Part shown: positions 49,187 to 58,265 of the stretch, piece by piece
Layout of the letters: every line of letters starts with the position of its first letter
Numbering within the stretch: position 1 is the first letter of the stretch
Assembly: GCA_965217775.1 (NCBI GenBank)
Contig: CBDCJH010000002.1
Span: 768,001-832,000 of the forward strand
DNA from: Acidobacteriota bacterium
GTDB lineage: Bacteria > Acidobacteriota > UBA6911 > RPQK01 > JAJDTT01
Direction of reading: 5' to 3'
DNA: 64,000 nt
Program-made: the position numbers and the translations under genes
The notes under the pieces: generated by a model
Databases searched by the model: none
Seen by the model: only the letters and a program-made list of their open reading frames with translations
Told to the model about the DNA's origin: nothing

Positions 49187-50083
49187 ATGAGCACGAAATC
49201 CTCTCAGGGGGAGCGACCATGGCCCTCCACTCAGCAAATGTTATTGGATCACCTGCAACGAATTGTGGAGGGAGTGACCCTCTTTGAAGACGATTCCGGT
49301 GAGCATTGGTGGTTCGGGTTTGGGGACTGCCTAATTTCGAAGACTTGGTGCATAGACGAAGATGATCATGAGTTTAACAAACGAGTAATGGATAACGCCG
49401 CCATCACCATGTTCTTGTCCAACCTAGGTGTTGAAGCCAGAGATCGCCCTAGCGGCCCTGTTATCCGAAAGACGAATCCTGACCTCCTGAAAACTCTTAC
49501 CGAGATTTTTTCCGATAGACCATCACCTCAGGAATTTCTACGGCAGAGGGTTCCTGAGGTCGGCGTCGGATTAGAGGAAGCGTATGCATTCGAGATGTTG
49601 AACAAGCTGGATCAGGTTGTGGGCCGCAGCAAACAAAAGGCGGTCCAAGAAATTCTGCTTCTGGAGGATGTTCCGGAGGGGGTGGATGACTATATGGCCG
49701 AAGCTGCGGCCTGCTTCCGTTACGGGTTTGACAAAGCGTGCTTGGCAGTCTGCCGAACAGCGCTAGAGGAAATGCTCAAAAAGCGGATTGAATGCGATCA
49801 TGGCAAACGTGCCATCCAGACCTATGATAAACGTAGAGAGCGTTGGGTCGATAAAAATCTCTACACTCTCATCGAGGAAGCACACAAGCAGTACGGGCCT
49901 AAGCAGCAATGGTCTAAGTATCTGAACGACCAGTTGGCTGGGGCTGCCCATCGAATTCGAAGATGGGGGAATGGAGCAGTTCACGGCTCTAGCACAATCC
50001 CCCGTGATGAAGTTAAGTCCAAAGCACAAAGGGCTCTCTTGCACTCCAAACAGATACTGGAACATCTCTGGTCATCGGTCTGA
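49187..50083 (+). CDS. DUF4145 (HEPN-like) domain protein
   Basis: EAAACF..G...A...CRTALE and IRRWGNGAVH. Confidence 0.7.
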   Translation: MSTKSSQGERPWPSTQQMLLDHLQRIVEGVTLFEDDSGEHWWFGFGDCLISKTWCIDEDDHEFNKRVMDNAAITMFLSNLGVEARDRPSGPVIRKTNPDLLKTLTEIFSDRPSPQEFLRQRVPEVGVGLEEAYAFEMLNKLDQVVGRSKQKAVQEILLLEDVPEGVDDYMAEAAACFRYGFDKACLAVCRTALEEMLKKRIECDHGKRAIQTYDKRRERWVDKNLYTLIEEAHKQYGPKQQWSKYLNDQLAGAAHRIRRWGNGAVHGSSTIPRDEVKSKAQRALLHSKQILEHLWSSV

Positions 50084-50346
50084 CTTCGGTCCTATGAGAA
50101 GGGCATAGTCCCCTTTATTGGGCTCTGATCCGATCCCAGAGCGGTCCTCCCTTCCACTCTTCCACGGCGCGCCGGGTGCATCTCTGGACCCGAGCTTCGC
50201 GACCGGAGACGACCTTCCCCAGCGGAAGCTTCGCCGCCCGCCGCTTCCGAATCTCAATCTAGGTTCCAGCAGAGAGTAGCGTGCTAATATGCTAGCGTGC
50301 GCTCCCTTCAGTGGAGGCCAAACGGTTATCAAGGAAAGAGCGAGTA

Positions 50347-51300
50347 ATGAGGAACCTCTGTGCCATCGCAATCGCCGTTTTGTTCAATGGCGTGCTGCTG
50401 GCCCAGGACGTGACGGAATACTACGTCCCGAATCCTCACTTCCCCGACACTTACGGAGGGGAGCATCATGTCCTCATCACGTCCATGCGAAACACCCTCG
50501 ACGAACCATTGGTGGTCGCCGTGACACAGGGTGAGCACTGCCAAGATTTGGAGTTGGAGGATTCTGGGCTCACCTTTGAAATCGAGGCCGGAGACAAACT
50601 GGACAGTCGGCGGGAGAGTACAGATGGAGACGCTCCGGCCTGGACGAAAGTTTCTCATCCGCCAGTAGATGGGGGAAAGCGTCTCCTGAAGATTTCACAG
50701 TTCTGGAGGCATGTGGACAAGTGGGGCCGGACCATATCCTCTGCCCCCGTGACGTTGCACCACGAAGTATTTGCTGAATGCCCGGAGCCAAAGACCTTCC
50801 ACGGGTTGCGGATCGAACCGGAAAACCGTTGCTCGCCGTATGACCCGGAAGACTACAGCTACCCGGCTTCAATCAAGGATCAAGTCGCCAAGCAGCAGGG
50901 GGGAGCTTTCTGTCCCTACGATTACCAGTGCTTCGCCAGCACCGACGAAATGAGCCTCGATCATATGGTTTCCCGGGCCGAAGCACACGACTCGGGTCTG
51001 TGTCGTGCCAGTGCAGAGGCCAAGAAGCAATTCGCCTCTGATCTGTCTAATCTGACGCTGATACCGAAGGAGTTCAATCCTTACTGGGAATCCGAGAAGC
51101 TGGACAAGGATGCTGCGGAGTGGGTGCCCGGGACCAATGAGTGCTGGTTTGCAGGGACGGTGATTGAGGTGAAGCGCAAATACAGGCTGTCTGTCGATCA
51201 GGCCGAAGCGGACGCCCTTGAGGAAGTTCTCGCCGGTTGCGCCGCATCCGAAATTGGGAGGATGCACGGACCGGACTGGCCCGAATGTGTTGGGGAATGA
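50347..51300 (+). CDS. Secreted protein with DUF1524/HNH-like nuclease domain
   Basis: Signal peptide; LDHMVSRAEAHDSG, FASDLSNL, KDAAEWVP, VKRKYRLSVD. Confidence 0.7.
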   Translation: MRNLCAIAIAVLFNGVLLAQDVTEYYVPNPHFPDTYGGEHHVLITSMRNTLDEPLVVAVTQGEHCQDLELEDSGLTFEIEAGDKLDSRRESTDGDAPAWTKVSHPPVDGGKRLLKISQFWRHVDKWGRTISSAPVTLHHEVFAECPEPKTFHGLRIEPENRCSPYDPEDYSYPASIKDQVAKQQGGAFCPYDYQCFASTDEMSLDHMVSRAEAHDSGLCRASAEAKKQFASDLSNLTLIPKEFNPYWESEKLDKDAAEWVPGTNECWFAGTVIEVKRKYRLSVDQAEADALEEVLAGCAASEIGRMHGPDWPECVGE

Positions 51301-51884
51301 TGGGCTCCGTCAGGGGTCTAGGCAAGGGGAACTGCGTAGCTGAGTGCCCCAATGAACTCTCTCCATTGGGGTTCGTCCATCAGTCTTCCTCAAGGTTATC
51401 CGATATCGCCAACAGAGAGTGCGCAATGGCGCGTGCCGGGGCTCGGGACAAGTTGGCGTACTGGGGAATGCCAGACTGATATTCGATCCGGTGGCTTGGA
51501 AGTCCGATCCTGAATTCTATCGGGTGCTCGGGGCGTCGCTGGCTCCTATGAAAACCGGACAGGCGACGTTCCTAGTGTTGACCTGGAAGGTTCGGCTTTT
51601 TTTACTTCTCACGGTGCTCTCTCCATCGGTTCCGTTGCCTTCGCCCTGATGTATTTGCTGCCGACGGTAGCGCTCTGGGCGCTCCTCGTCATCCATGTTC
51701 TCCTCGATGTGCCGCTTGAAGGCCCTGTACCCCCAGCCGAAGCCTGCCAGCAAAAGGGACCTAACGGGCACTCAGCTACGCAGGACCCCCCATTTTATGG
51801 TTCGCCTGTAACCGATGCGCTGATTGCCCGGGAAGCCGGGAAGCTGGGGATATCAGACTTCGAGCCGGCCCGTCGCACTGATCC

Positions 51885-52085
51885 AAGTGCCTAACCGGAG
51901 GCCCTTCAGTGTTGCCGCCGCGGCCCAGTACCTGAGCAATGCCATCGGCACGATTCGCAACCTGGCCGATTTGAACATCATCAAAGCCAGAGTCGAACTC
52001 GACACCGCCGGCCGGCTACGGCGGGTCTTCGCTCAGGAGGACTTGGACGACGATGTCGATTCTCTGGAGCCGTGGTACGATTCGC
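51885..52085 (+). pseudogene. Excisionase-like HTH upstream of the integrase, boundaries uncertain
   Basis: FSVAAAAQYLSNAIGTIRNLAD...RRVFAQEDLD; the ORF runs on without a normal stop. Confidence 0.55.
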
Positions 52086-52124
52086 CCCACGGCGAAGAAC
52101 CCGGATCCAGAAAGGAGGAGATGC

Positions 52125-53210
52125 ATGGGCATCTACAAGGTGAAGGATCGCCGGGGGAGGAGACGATACGTCTTCAGCAAGTACTGGCCGAACGGATCCG
52201 GTCGGCTCCGAATGTACGCCCCCAACTACCGGAGCGCACAGGCGCTCCAAACTCGGGTGGAGTCCAGCATCCTGGACGGCACCTGGAAGCAACTCAAGGA
52301 GGAACTCGCCGGTGGGAAACGCACCATCTGGACGGTGCACAGTTTCTACCAGCGTTTTCTCGAGGAGTATTGCAAACCTCGCATGCGCTCCTGGCGGAGC
52401 TATGAGGGTTCGTTCAAGAGCCTCAACGCCATGCTGGGGAACATTCCCCTGAAGGAGTTCCAACGCAAGGACCTGCACCGCTACGTCGCCCAGAGGAAGA
52501 AGCAAGTCAAATCGGCCACGGTGAACCGCGCCATCGCCGCCATCAGCAAGCTGTTTTCCTACGCGCTGGAGTGTGGGGAGATCGACACGCACCCGCTGGT
52601 GCGGTTTTCCAAACTAAAGGAGCCCAAGAAGGTCTTCCGGCCATTGACGGTTCAGCAGTTCCGCGACCTGGTCGAGGCGGTGGACAACCCTTACCTGCAA
52701 GCCATGATCGCAGTGATCGGCGAGACGGGGATACGCAAGGGAGAAGCGTTGTCGCTCACTTGGAAACGGGTGGACCTGCGTCGCGAATTGCTCTGGGTGG
52801 AACTCACCAAGAACGACGAGACGAGGGAGATACCGCTGTCGAAGTACGCCACCGGATATCTGGTCGGGCTGGTTCGTTATCTGAACACTCCATACGTCTT
52901 CGTCAACAGCCGGACGGGGACGAGATGGGTGAATCTCGACAAGCCGCTACGTCGCGCTGCCGAGAAGGTGGGGTTGAAGGTCGGATTTCACGATCTGAGG
53001 CGCTTCCGGTGCAGCCATTGGCTGATGCAGGGTGTGGACGTGAGGACGGTGCAGAAGCTGATGGGACACTCGGCGATCAGCACGACGATGCGGTATGCGG
53101 GGTACGTCAGTTCGCATGCGCTGGCAAGCATTCGGGAGGCACAGGCTAACGAAGACTCACAAACACAACAGGCAACAAACAGGCAACGGGCAGGAAGCAA
53201 GGGGCAATGA
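52125..53210 (+). CDS. Tyrosine recombinase/integrase, catalytic residues intact
   Basis: TGIRKGE, TKN, FHDLRR, LMGH, TMRY; RBS AAGGAGG. Confidence 0.93.
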   Translation: MGIYKVKDRRGRRRYVFSKYWPNGSGRLRMYAPNYRSAQALQTRVESSILDGTWKQLKEELAGGKRTIWTVHSFYQRFLEEYCKPRMRSWRSYEGSFKSLNAMLGNIPLKEFQRKDLHRYVAQRKKQVKSATVNRAIAAISKLFSYALECGEIDTHPLVRFSKLKEPKKVFRPLTVQQFRDLVEAVDNPYLQAMIAVIGETGIRKGEALSLTWKRVDLRRELLWVELTKNDETREIPLSKYATGYLVGLVRYLNTPYVFVNSRTGTRWVNLDKPLRRAAEKVGLKVGFHDLRRFRCSHWLMQGVDVRTVQKLMGHSAISTTMRYAGYVSSHALASIREAQANEDSQTQQATNRQRAGSKGQ

Positions 53211-53253
53211 TTCGAGGGAATACTTGGGATAACCTGTTGAAAATAAAGGATCA

Positions 53254-53293
53254 ATCCTGTAGCTCAGTTGGACCGAGCAACGGATTTCCAATC
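53254..53293 (+). other. 5' tRNA half (Arg-like) forming the island right att end
   Basis: ATCCTGTAGCTCAGTTGGACCGAGCAACGGA resembles acceptor, D-arm and anticodon stem; no T-arm follows. Confidence 0.75.
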
Positions 53294-53357
53294 GCCCATT
53301 CTTCAGCGCCAAATTGTCACTCTGGAGTTCGGCGGTTGGAAACCCCCGATCCAATCC

Positions 53358-54194
53358 TTATCTGATGTTTGCCCGGTAGTCGTCCAGCAGGGCTGCGGCC
53401 CCGGTCCGGATGAATCCCAATTCCGATTCGGCTTCGAAGAAGGTGGCTCCCTTGCGGGCCCACTCGCCGGCGGCGGCGCCGCTCGACGGGGTGGTGCCGA
53501 AGGCCACGCCGTACTTCTTGCAGAGCTCCAGGACCGTCTCCATGGGACCCCGCACCGCAGGGTGATCGTAGTCGCCCGGGTGTCCGAACTCGATGGAAGT
53601 ATCTCCCGGGCCCACGTAACACATGTCCACCCCGGGCAGGCTCAGGATCTCCTCAGCGTTCTCGTATCCGCGGACCGTTTCCAGATGCACCACCACCGCG
53701 GTCTCCTGGTCCTGTTCGTCCATCCAGCCCTGCCAATCGGTGACGTGCCGGTAGTCGCTGTTGCCCCATCCCGGCGCCACGGCCCGGGTTCCCTCCAGTG
53801 GAAACTTCAGGTAACTCAGCAACTTCTGGACCTGCTCCCGGGTCTCGGTCCGGGGCAGTTGGATGCCCACCACTCCCGCCTCAAGCAACTTCGAGACCTC
53901 TTGGCGTTCCAGCTGGGGCGTCTTGGCGATGACCGGCAGGCCGTTGTCCCGGGCCGAGAGAATGGTGTCCGCCAGATCCTGCAAGGCAAAGAGGCTGTGC
54001 TCGTACTCGATATAGACGAAATCGAATCCCGCGTGCTGAAACAGTTTGACGAGGGACGGGTGGGCATACGCCTCCAGCATGGGTCCGATCAACACCTCCC
54101 CCCGCTTGAGGCGGGCCTTGAGGTGCCGCCCCGGTCCCCCCTCCGGATACCAGGGGTTGTCGATTCCGATGCTGGTCTTGGGACATTGGGACAT
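53358..54194 (-). CDS. HpcH/HpaI aldolase family protein
   Basis: GFDFVYIEYEH, LEAG..GI..P, HLET, YVGPGD. Confidence 0.88.
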   Translation of the reverse strand: MSQCPKTSIGIDNPWYPEGGPGRHLKARLKRGEVLIGPMLEAYAHPSLVKLFQHAGFDFVYIEYEHSLFALQDLADTILSARDNGLPVIAKTPQLERQEVSKLLEAGVVGIQLPRTETREQVQKLLSYLKFPLEGTRAVAPGWGNSDYRHVTDWQGWMDEQDQETAVVVHLETVRGYENAEEILSLPGVDMCYVGPGDTSIEFGHPGDYDHPAVRGPMETVLELCKKYGVAFGTTPSSGAAAGEWARKGATFFEAESELGFIRTGAAALLDDYRANIR

Positions 54195-54215
54195 GGGGTC
54201 TCTTTCCGATGTGAA

Positions 54216-54629
54216 TCAAGTGATCCAGTTTTCGATCTTGAGTCCGGGAACTCTGGAGAAGTGTTTCCGGTTGTTGGTCACCAAAACACAGCCGATGCTG
54301 AGAGCGTGCGCGGCGATCATGGCGTCATTGCCGCCGATGGGCGTTCCGATTCTGAACAACTCTGCCTGTAGCGTTCCGAACTCCTCCGCTGCCTTTGCGT
54401 TCCACGCCATAATGCGGTTCAGCCGGTCGCAAAACAGCCGGATGGCTCGTTTGTAACTCTTGACGCGTTGAGACCTCTCGGCGCCAAGTCGCAACTCAGC
54501 ATAGGTGATGGCGGAAATCGATATTTCCGCACCCGAATGCGCTCTTGCGTGAAGGGTCGTCAGCAATGGCAGATCTCTCGCCCGAATCACGTAGCTGCAG
54601 ATGTCGGTATCCAGCATATACCGCATCAA
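54216..54629 (-). CDS. vapC: VapC toxin
   Basis: YMLDTDIC, ITYAEL, NDAMIAAHA, LVTNN. Confidence 0.92.
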   Translation of the reverse strand: MMRYMLDTDICSYVIRARDLPLLTTLHARAHSGAEISISAITYAELRLGAERSQRVKSYKRAIRLFCDRLNRIMAWNAKAAEEFGTLQAELFRIGTPIGGNDAMIAAHALSIGCVLVTNNRKHFSRVPGLKIENWIT

Positions 54630-54859
54630 AACGTGACTCGATGGCTATCCATCAGCTCTGGTCTGGACTCCATAAAATCGTCGTCCACGGTCGGAGCTTC
54701 CTCGGCGTAGGATTTCCAGCTCTTGCGAGCAGGCAACAAGATCAAGGCTTCTCCGTCCTTACGGATGATCACTTCATCGACGCCCTCGAAACGAAACGCC
54801 TTGGGGATCCGAACGGCTTGACTGCGACCATTTACGAACAGCTTGGCAGTAGTTTCCAT
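54626..54859 (-). CDS. vapB: VapB antitoxin
   Basis: AKLFVNGRSQAVRIPK. Confidence 0.92.
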   Translation of the reverse strand: METTAKLFVNGRSQAVRIPKAFRFEGVDEVIIRKDGEALILLPARKSWKSYAEEAPTVDDDFMESRPELMDSHRVTF

Positions 54860-55033
54860 ACTTGCACTCCGACTCTGACCTGCACCGTCTCAATGCGACC
54901 ATTGTATATCACGGGCATATGCCAAGCGGCAAGTGAACCGTCCTATGGAAGCAACGCCGAATCGGACTTTCGCAGCCGGCTGCTATACTGGCGCCTCCCG
55001 CAACGGCACCGAATCCAATCGTGAAAGGACTCC

Positions 55034-56155
55034 ATGAATCGAAGGGAAGCGCTTCAAGCCGGCGCGGCTTCCTTGGTCCTGCCGGCGCTGGTCTCTTCGG
55101 CGTCCGCCCACACTACTGGAGATCCTCCGGGTAGCCGCATCCGGACGGCGATCCAGAAGGTCTGCGCCTGGCCCAATCTCAAACGCCTGGAGGACGGAAC
55201 CCTGGTGGCCTTCCTCTACAACCAACCCTGTCACGGGCTCTGGGAGGGGGACCTGGACTGCTGGGCCAGCGAGGATGACGGCCGGACCTGGCGCTTTCGC
55301 AGCCGGCCGGCCGAACATGAGCCCACCACGGCCCGCATGAACTGCGCGGCCGGTTTCGCCGCGAACGGTGATCTGGTGGTCCTGTGCAGCGGTTGGGCGG
55401 ACCGGGCGCCCAAGGGTGTCCTGAGCGGTCCTCACCGGCGGGTGGTCCGGGCCTGGGTCTGCCGCTCGTCCGACGGCGGACGCACTTGGGAGGTGAGCCG
55501 GGACTTTCCCGCTCCTCCCGATTCTCCGGCCGGACGAGACAATGAATTCATCGCGTTCGGCGATATTCGTATCGCTGAAGATGGATCTCTGTGCGCGCCG
55601 GTCTACCTTCGGCGGGAGGATCTGCGGGAATCCTATCTGCTGCGAAGCCGGGACGACGGGTGGACCTGGGGCGATCCGGTTCCCTTGAATCCGGGCGGGA
55701 ACGAAGCCGATATCCTGCATCTCGGAGGTGGCCACTGGTTGGCCGCGTCGCGGGAGTTCAAGGAGAGGCGCGACGTTCATCTGGAACTGTTCGTCTCCAC
55801 GGACGACGCTCGCACCTGGGAGCGAAAGATGCCACTGAGTCTGCCCATGCAGGTGACGGGCAACCTGGCGGCACTGTCGGACGGACGCGTTCTCCTCAGC
55901 TACGGAAACCGCTGTTGGAACAACTTCGGCGTGGACGTCCGGCTCAGCGAGGACCAGGGGAAATCCTGGAGCCCGCCCATCCGCATCGCCGACTGTCCCC
56001 GGGCCGACTGCGGGTATCCCAGCAGCGTGCAACTGGCCGACGGCCGGGCCGTCACCGCCTTCTACACCCAGGTCTCGGAAGACTTTCACTACGAGATGCG
56101 CGTGGCTACGTGGCGTCCCGGAAAGTACACGGCGTCCGGCCGGCCGCGTTCGTAG
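55034..56155 (+). CDS. Tat-exported sialidase-like (BNR/Asp-box) protein
   Basis: NRREAL; five SxDxGxTW-type boxes; GYP. Confidence 0.82.
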   Translation: MNRREALQAGAASLVLPALVSSASAHTTGDPPGSRIRTAIQKVCAWPNLKRLEDGTLVAFLYNQPCHGLWEGDLDCWASEDDGRTWRFRSRPAEHEPTTARMNCAAGFAANGDLVVLCSGWADRAPKGVLSGPHRRVVRAWVCRSSDGGRTWEVSRDFPAPPDSPAGRDNEFIAFGDIRIAEDGSLCAPVYLRREDLRESYLLRSRDDGWTWGDPVPLNPGGNEADILHLGGGHWLAASREFKERRDVHLELFVSTDDARTWERKMPLSLPMQVTGNLAALSDGRVLLSYGNRCWNNFGVDVRLSEDQGKSWSPPIRIADCPRADCGYPSSVQLADGRAVTAFYTQVSEDFHYEMRVATWRPGKYTASGRPRS

Positions 56156-56216
56156 GAAAGTCAAAAAGCCGGGGGGTGGCCGGCAGGCTGATCCTCGCTC
56201 GAGATGGTCATCTGCT

Positions 56217-57677
56217 TCAGGCCAGGAACTCCTCCATCACCTTTCCGTGGATGTCGGTCAGCCGGTGATGGCGGCCCTGGAACTTGAAGGTGAGCCGGGT
56301 GTGGTCGATTCCCAGGGCATGCAGGACGGTGGCCTGGAAGTCGTGGACGTGCACCGGGTCCCGAACCACGTTGTAGCCGAAGTCGTCGGTCTCTCCGTAG
56401 ACGGCGCCCGCCTTCATGCCGGCGCCGGCCATCCACATGGTGAAGCACCGGGGGTGGTGGTCGCGGCCGTAGTTGTCCTCGGTGAGCTGGCCCTGGCAGT
56501 AGGCCGTTCTTCCGAACTCGCCGCCCCAGATCACCAGTGTCTCCTCCAGCAGCCCCCGTTGCTTCAGGTCCGTCACCAACGCAGCCGAGGCTTGGTCGGT
56601 CGCGGTGCACTGCTCCCGGATCGCACTGGGAAGGTTGAGGTGCTGATCCCATCCCCGGTGGAAGAGCTGCACGAAGCGGACCCCCTTCTCGCTGAGGCGC
56701 CGGGCCAGCAGGCAGTTGGCGGCATAGGTTCCGGGCGTCCTGGAGTCGGGGCCGTAGAGGTCGAAGGTGCGCTCCGGTTCCTGGGAGAGGTCGGTCAACT
56801 CGGGGACCGAAGCCTGCATCCGAAAGGCCATCTCGTATTGGGAGATCCGGGCGGCGATCTCGGGGTCCCCCAAAGAATCCATGCGGATTCGGTTCAGGTC
56901 TCCGATTCCGTCCATCATGCGGCGCCGGGTCGCCATGCTGATCCCCGGAGGGTTGGAGAGATAGAGCACGGGATCGCCGCCGCCCCGGAACTTGACCCCC
57001 TGGTGGCTGGAGGGGAGGAATGCGCTTCCCCACATCCGGGACATGATGGGCTGCATGGCCCGAATCTCCCCCTTGGAGACCAGGACCACGAAGCTGGGCA
57101 GGCTGTCGTTTTCGCTTCCCAAGCCATAGCTCAGCCAGGCGCCCATGCTGGGCCGGCCGGGCTGTTGGCTTCCGGTCTGAATGAAGGTCATGGCCGGATC
57201 GTGGTTGATGGCGTCCGTGTGCACCGTCTTCACCATCAGCAGCTCATCGACGATTCGGGCCGTGTGAGGCAGCAGTTCGCTGACCCAGGTCCCGGACTGG
57301 CCGTGTTGCTCGAACTTGAAGAGGGAAGGGACCACCGGGAGTTGGGCCTGCTGCGAAGTCATTCCCGTGATGCGCTGTCCCCTGCGGATGGAGGCAGGCA
57401 GATCGGTGCCTCGAAGCTCCTGGAGCCGGGGTTTGTAGTCGAACAGGTCGAGTTGGGAGGGTCCCCCCGACTGGTAGAGGAAGATGATCCGCTTGGCGCG
57501 GGGAGCGAAGTGGGGGAGGCCGGGCAGGCCCCTTTTCCCGACTCCGCCGTCCACGGAACCAGCCGCCAGCTCGGGGCGCAGCAGCGACGCCAGAGCCGCC
57601 GTCCCCACACCCAAGGTGGTCCGAGAGAAGAAATGGCGCCGCGTCCACTCCGGATGGAGGGCTTGATTCAATTTCAC
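56217..57677 (-). CDS. DUF1501 family protein
   Basis: [33 protein letters not shown]. Confidence 0.9.
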   Translation of the reverse strand: MKLNQALHPEWTRRHFFSRTTLGVGTAALASLLRPELAAGSVDGGVGKRGLPGLPHFAPRAKRIIFLYQSGGPSQLDLFDYKPRLQELRGTDLPASIRRGQRITGMTSQQAQLPVVPSLFKFEQHGQSGTWVSELLPHTARIVDELLMVKTVHTDAINHDPAMTFIQTGSQQPGRPSMGAWLSYGLGSENDSLPSFVVLVSKGEIRAMQPIMSRMWGSAFLPSSHQGVKFRGGGDPVLYLSNPPGISMATRRRMMDGIGDLNRIRMDSLGDPEIAARISQYEMAFRMQASVPELTDLSQEPERTFDLYGPDSRTPGTYAANCLLARRLSEKGVRFVQLFHRGWDQHLNLPSAIREQCTATDQASAALVTDLKQRGLLEETLVIWGGEFGRTAYCQGQLTEDNYGRDHHPRCFTMWMAGAGMKAGAVYGETDDFGYNVVRDPVHVHDFQATVLHALGIDHTRLTFKFQGRHHRLTDIHGKVMEEFLA

Positions 57678-57860
57678 CGGCTGCTTCTTGGTGAGGCCAT
57701 GGAATGATCTGCTCGAATCGAGTCTATTCCGGGCCGGGCATCCCGGTCAACGCGCCTGGAGGGGGGACAGTCTTGTCCCCCATTTGGGAGGGGGGACTGT
57801 TAGTCCTAATTGTCTCTCAGTCAAAAACTAACGAACATTAACTTTTTACGGAGCAAATGC

Positions 57861-58113
57861 GGAGGTTGCCGGCTGAACCCGTTTCCTGGTAGCCGACTTG
57901 TAATCGGTACGGCGTTAACAGCCCGTGGTAAAAGTCGTCACGGCATTCGACCGTCCCTGCATCCCGGCGGACTGCGTTGCTATCGGCTCACATACTCCCG
58001 GTATGCTCCCTCCGTTGCGCCTTGTCCGGCGGGCGCAGGAACGGTCTCGGTGCTCGCGGGACTTTCACCACGGGCTGTTAAGCCGCGCGGGTTCGACTCC
58101 CGCCCCGCTTCCA
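57861..58113 (+). pseudogene. tRNA-like sequence split by a MITE
   Basis: GCCGA-CTTGTAA-TCGGT stem-loop, V-arm-like CGGC/GCCG, T-arm GCGGG-TTCGACT-CCCGC, ends CCA; D-arm non-canonical. Confidence 0.45.
57915..58081. mobile_element. ~165-bp MITE, copy 2
   Basis: TTAA-CAGCCCGTGGTAAAAGTC ... GACTTTCACCACGGGCTG-TTAA. Confidence 0.85.
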
Positions 58114-58265
58114 TCAGCGTATGATAGTTGGGAATCTCAGGATGCAATCAGAAACGAAGATGCCCGCCAAGCAGGCCGAGCGACCGAGGCTCGACACCGC
58201 GCTCACCGAGAATCTAAAGATGCTGGGGTTCGAGGGTGGGGGGCCGTGAAGCCCGGAGGGAACTC

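Larger units (their letters stand above)
30855..53293. mobile_element. ~22.4-kb integrative island inserted in a REP-like palindrome
   Basis: 11-bp direct repeat GATTTCCAATC at 30855-30865 and 53283-53293; integrase at the right end; the empty site reconstitutes GGGCGATTTCCAATCGCCC between convergent msrA and aldolase genes. Confidence 0.8.

Noticed and set aside
52125-53210. Integron integrase serving the attC cassettes
   Set aside because: It lacks the IntI-specific insertion, has a xis-like neighbour and its own att ends, and lies 13 kb from the cassettes.
53254-53330. Complete tRNA gene after the integrase
   Set aside because: Only the 5' half is present, with no T-arm or CCA; the same holds at 60202.
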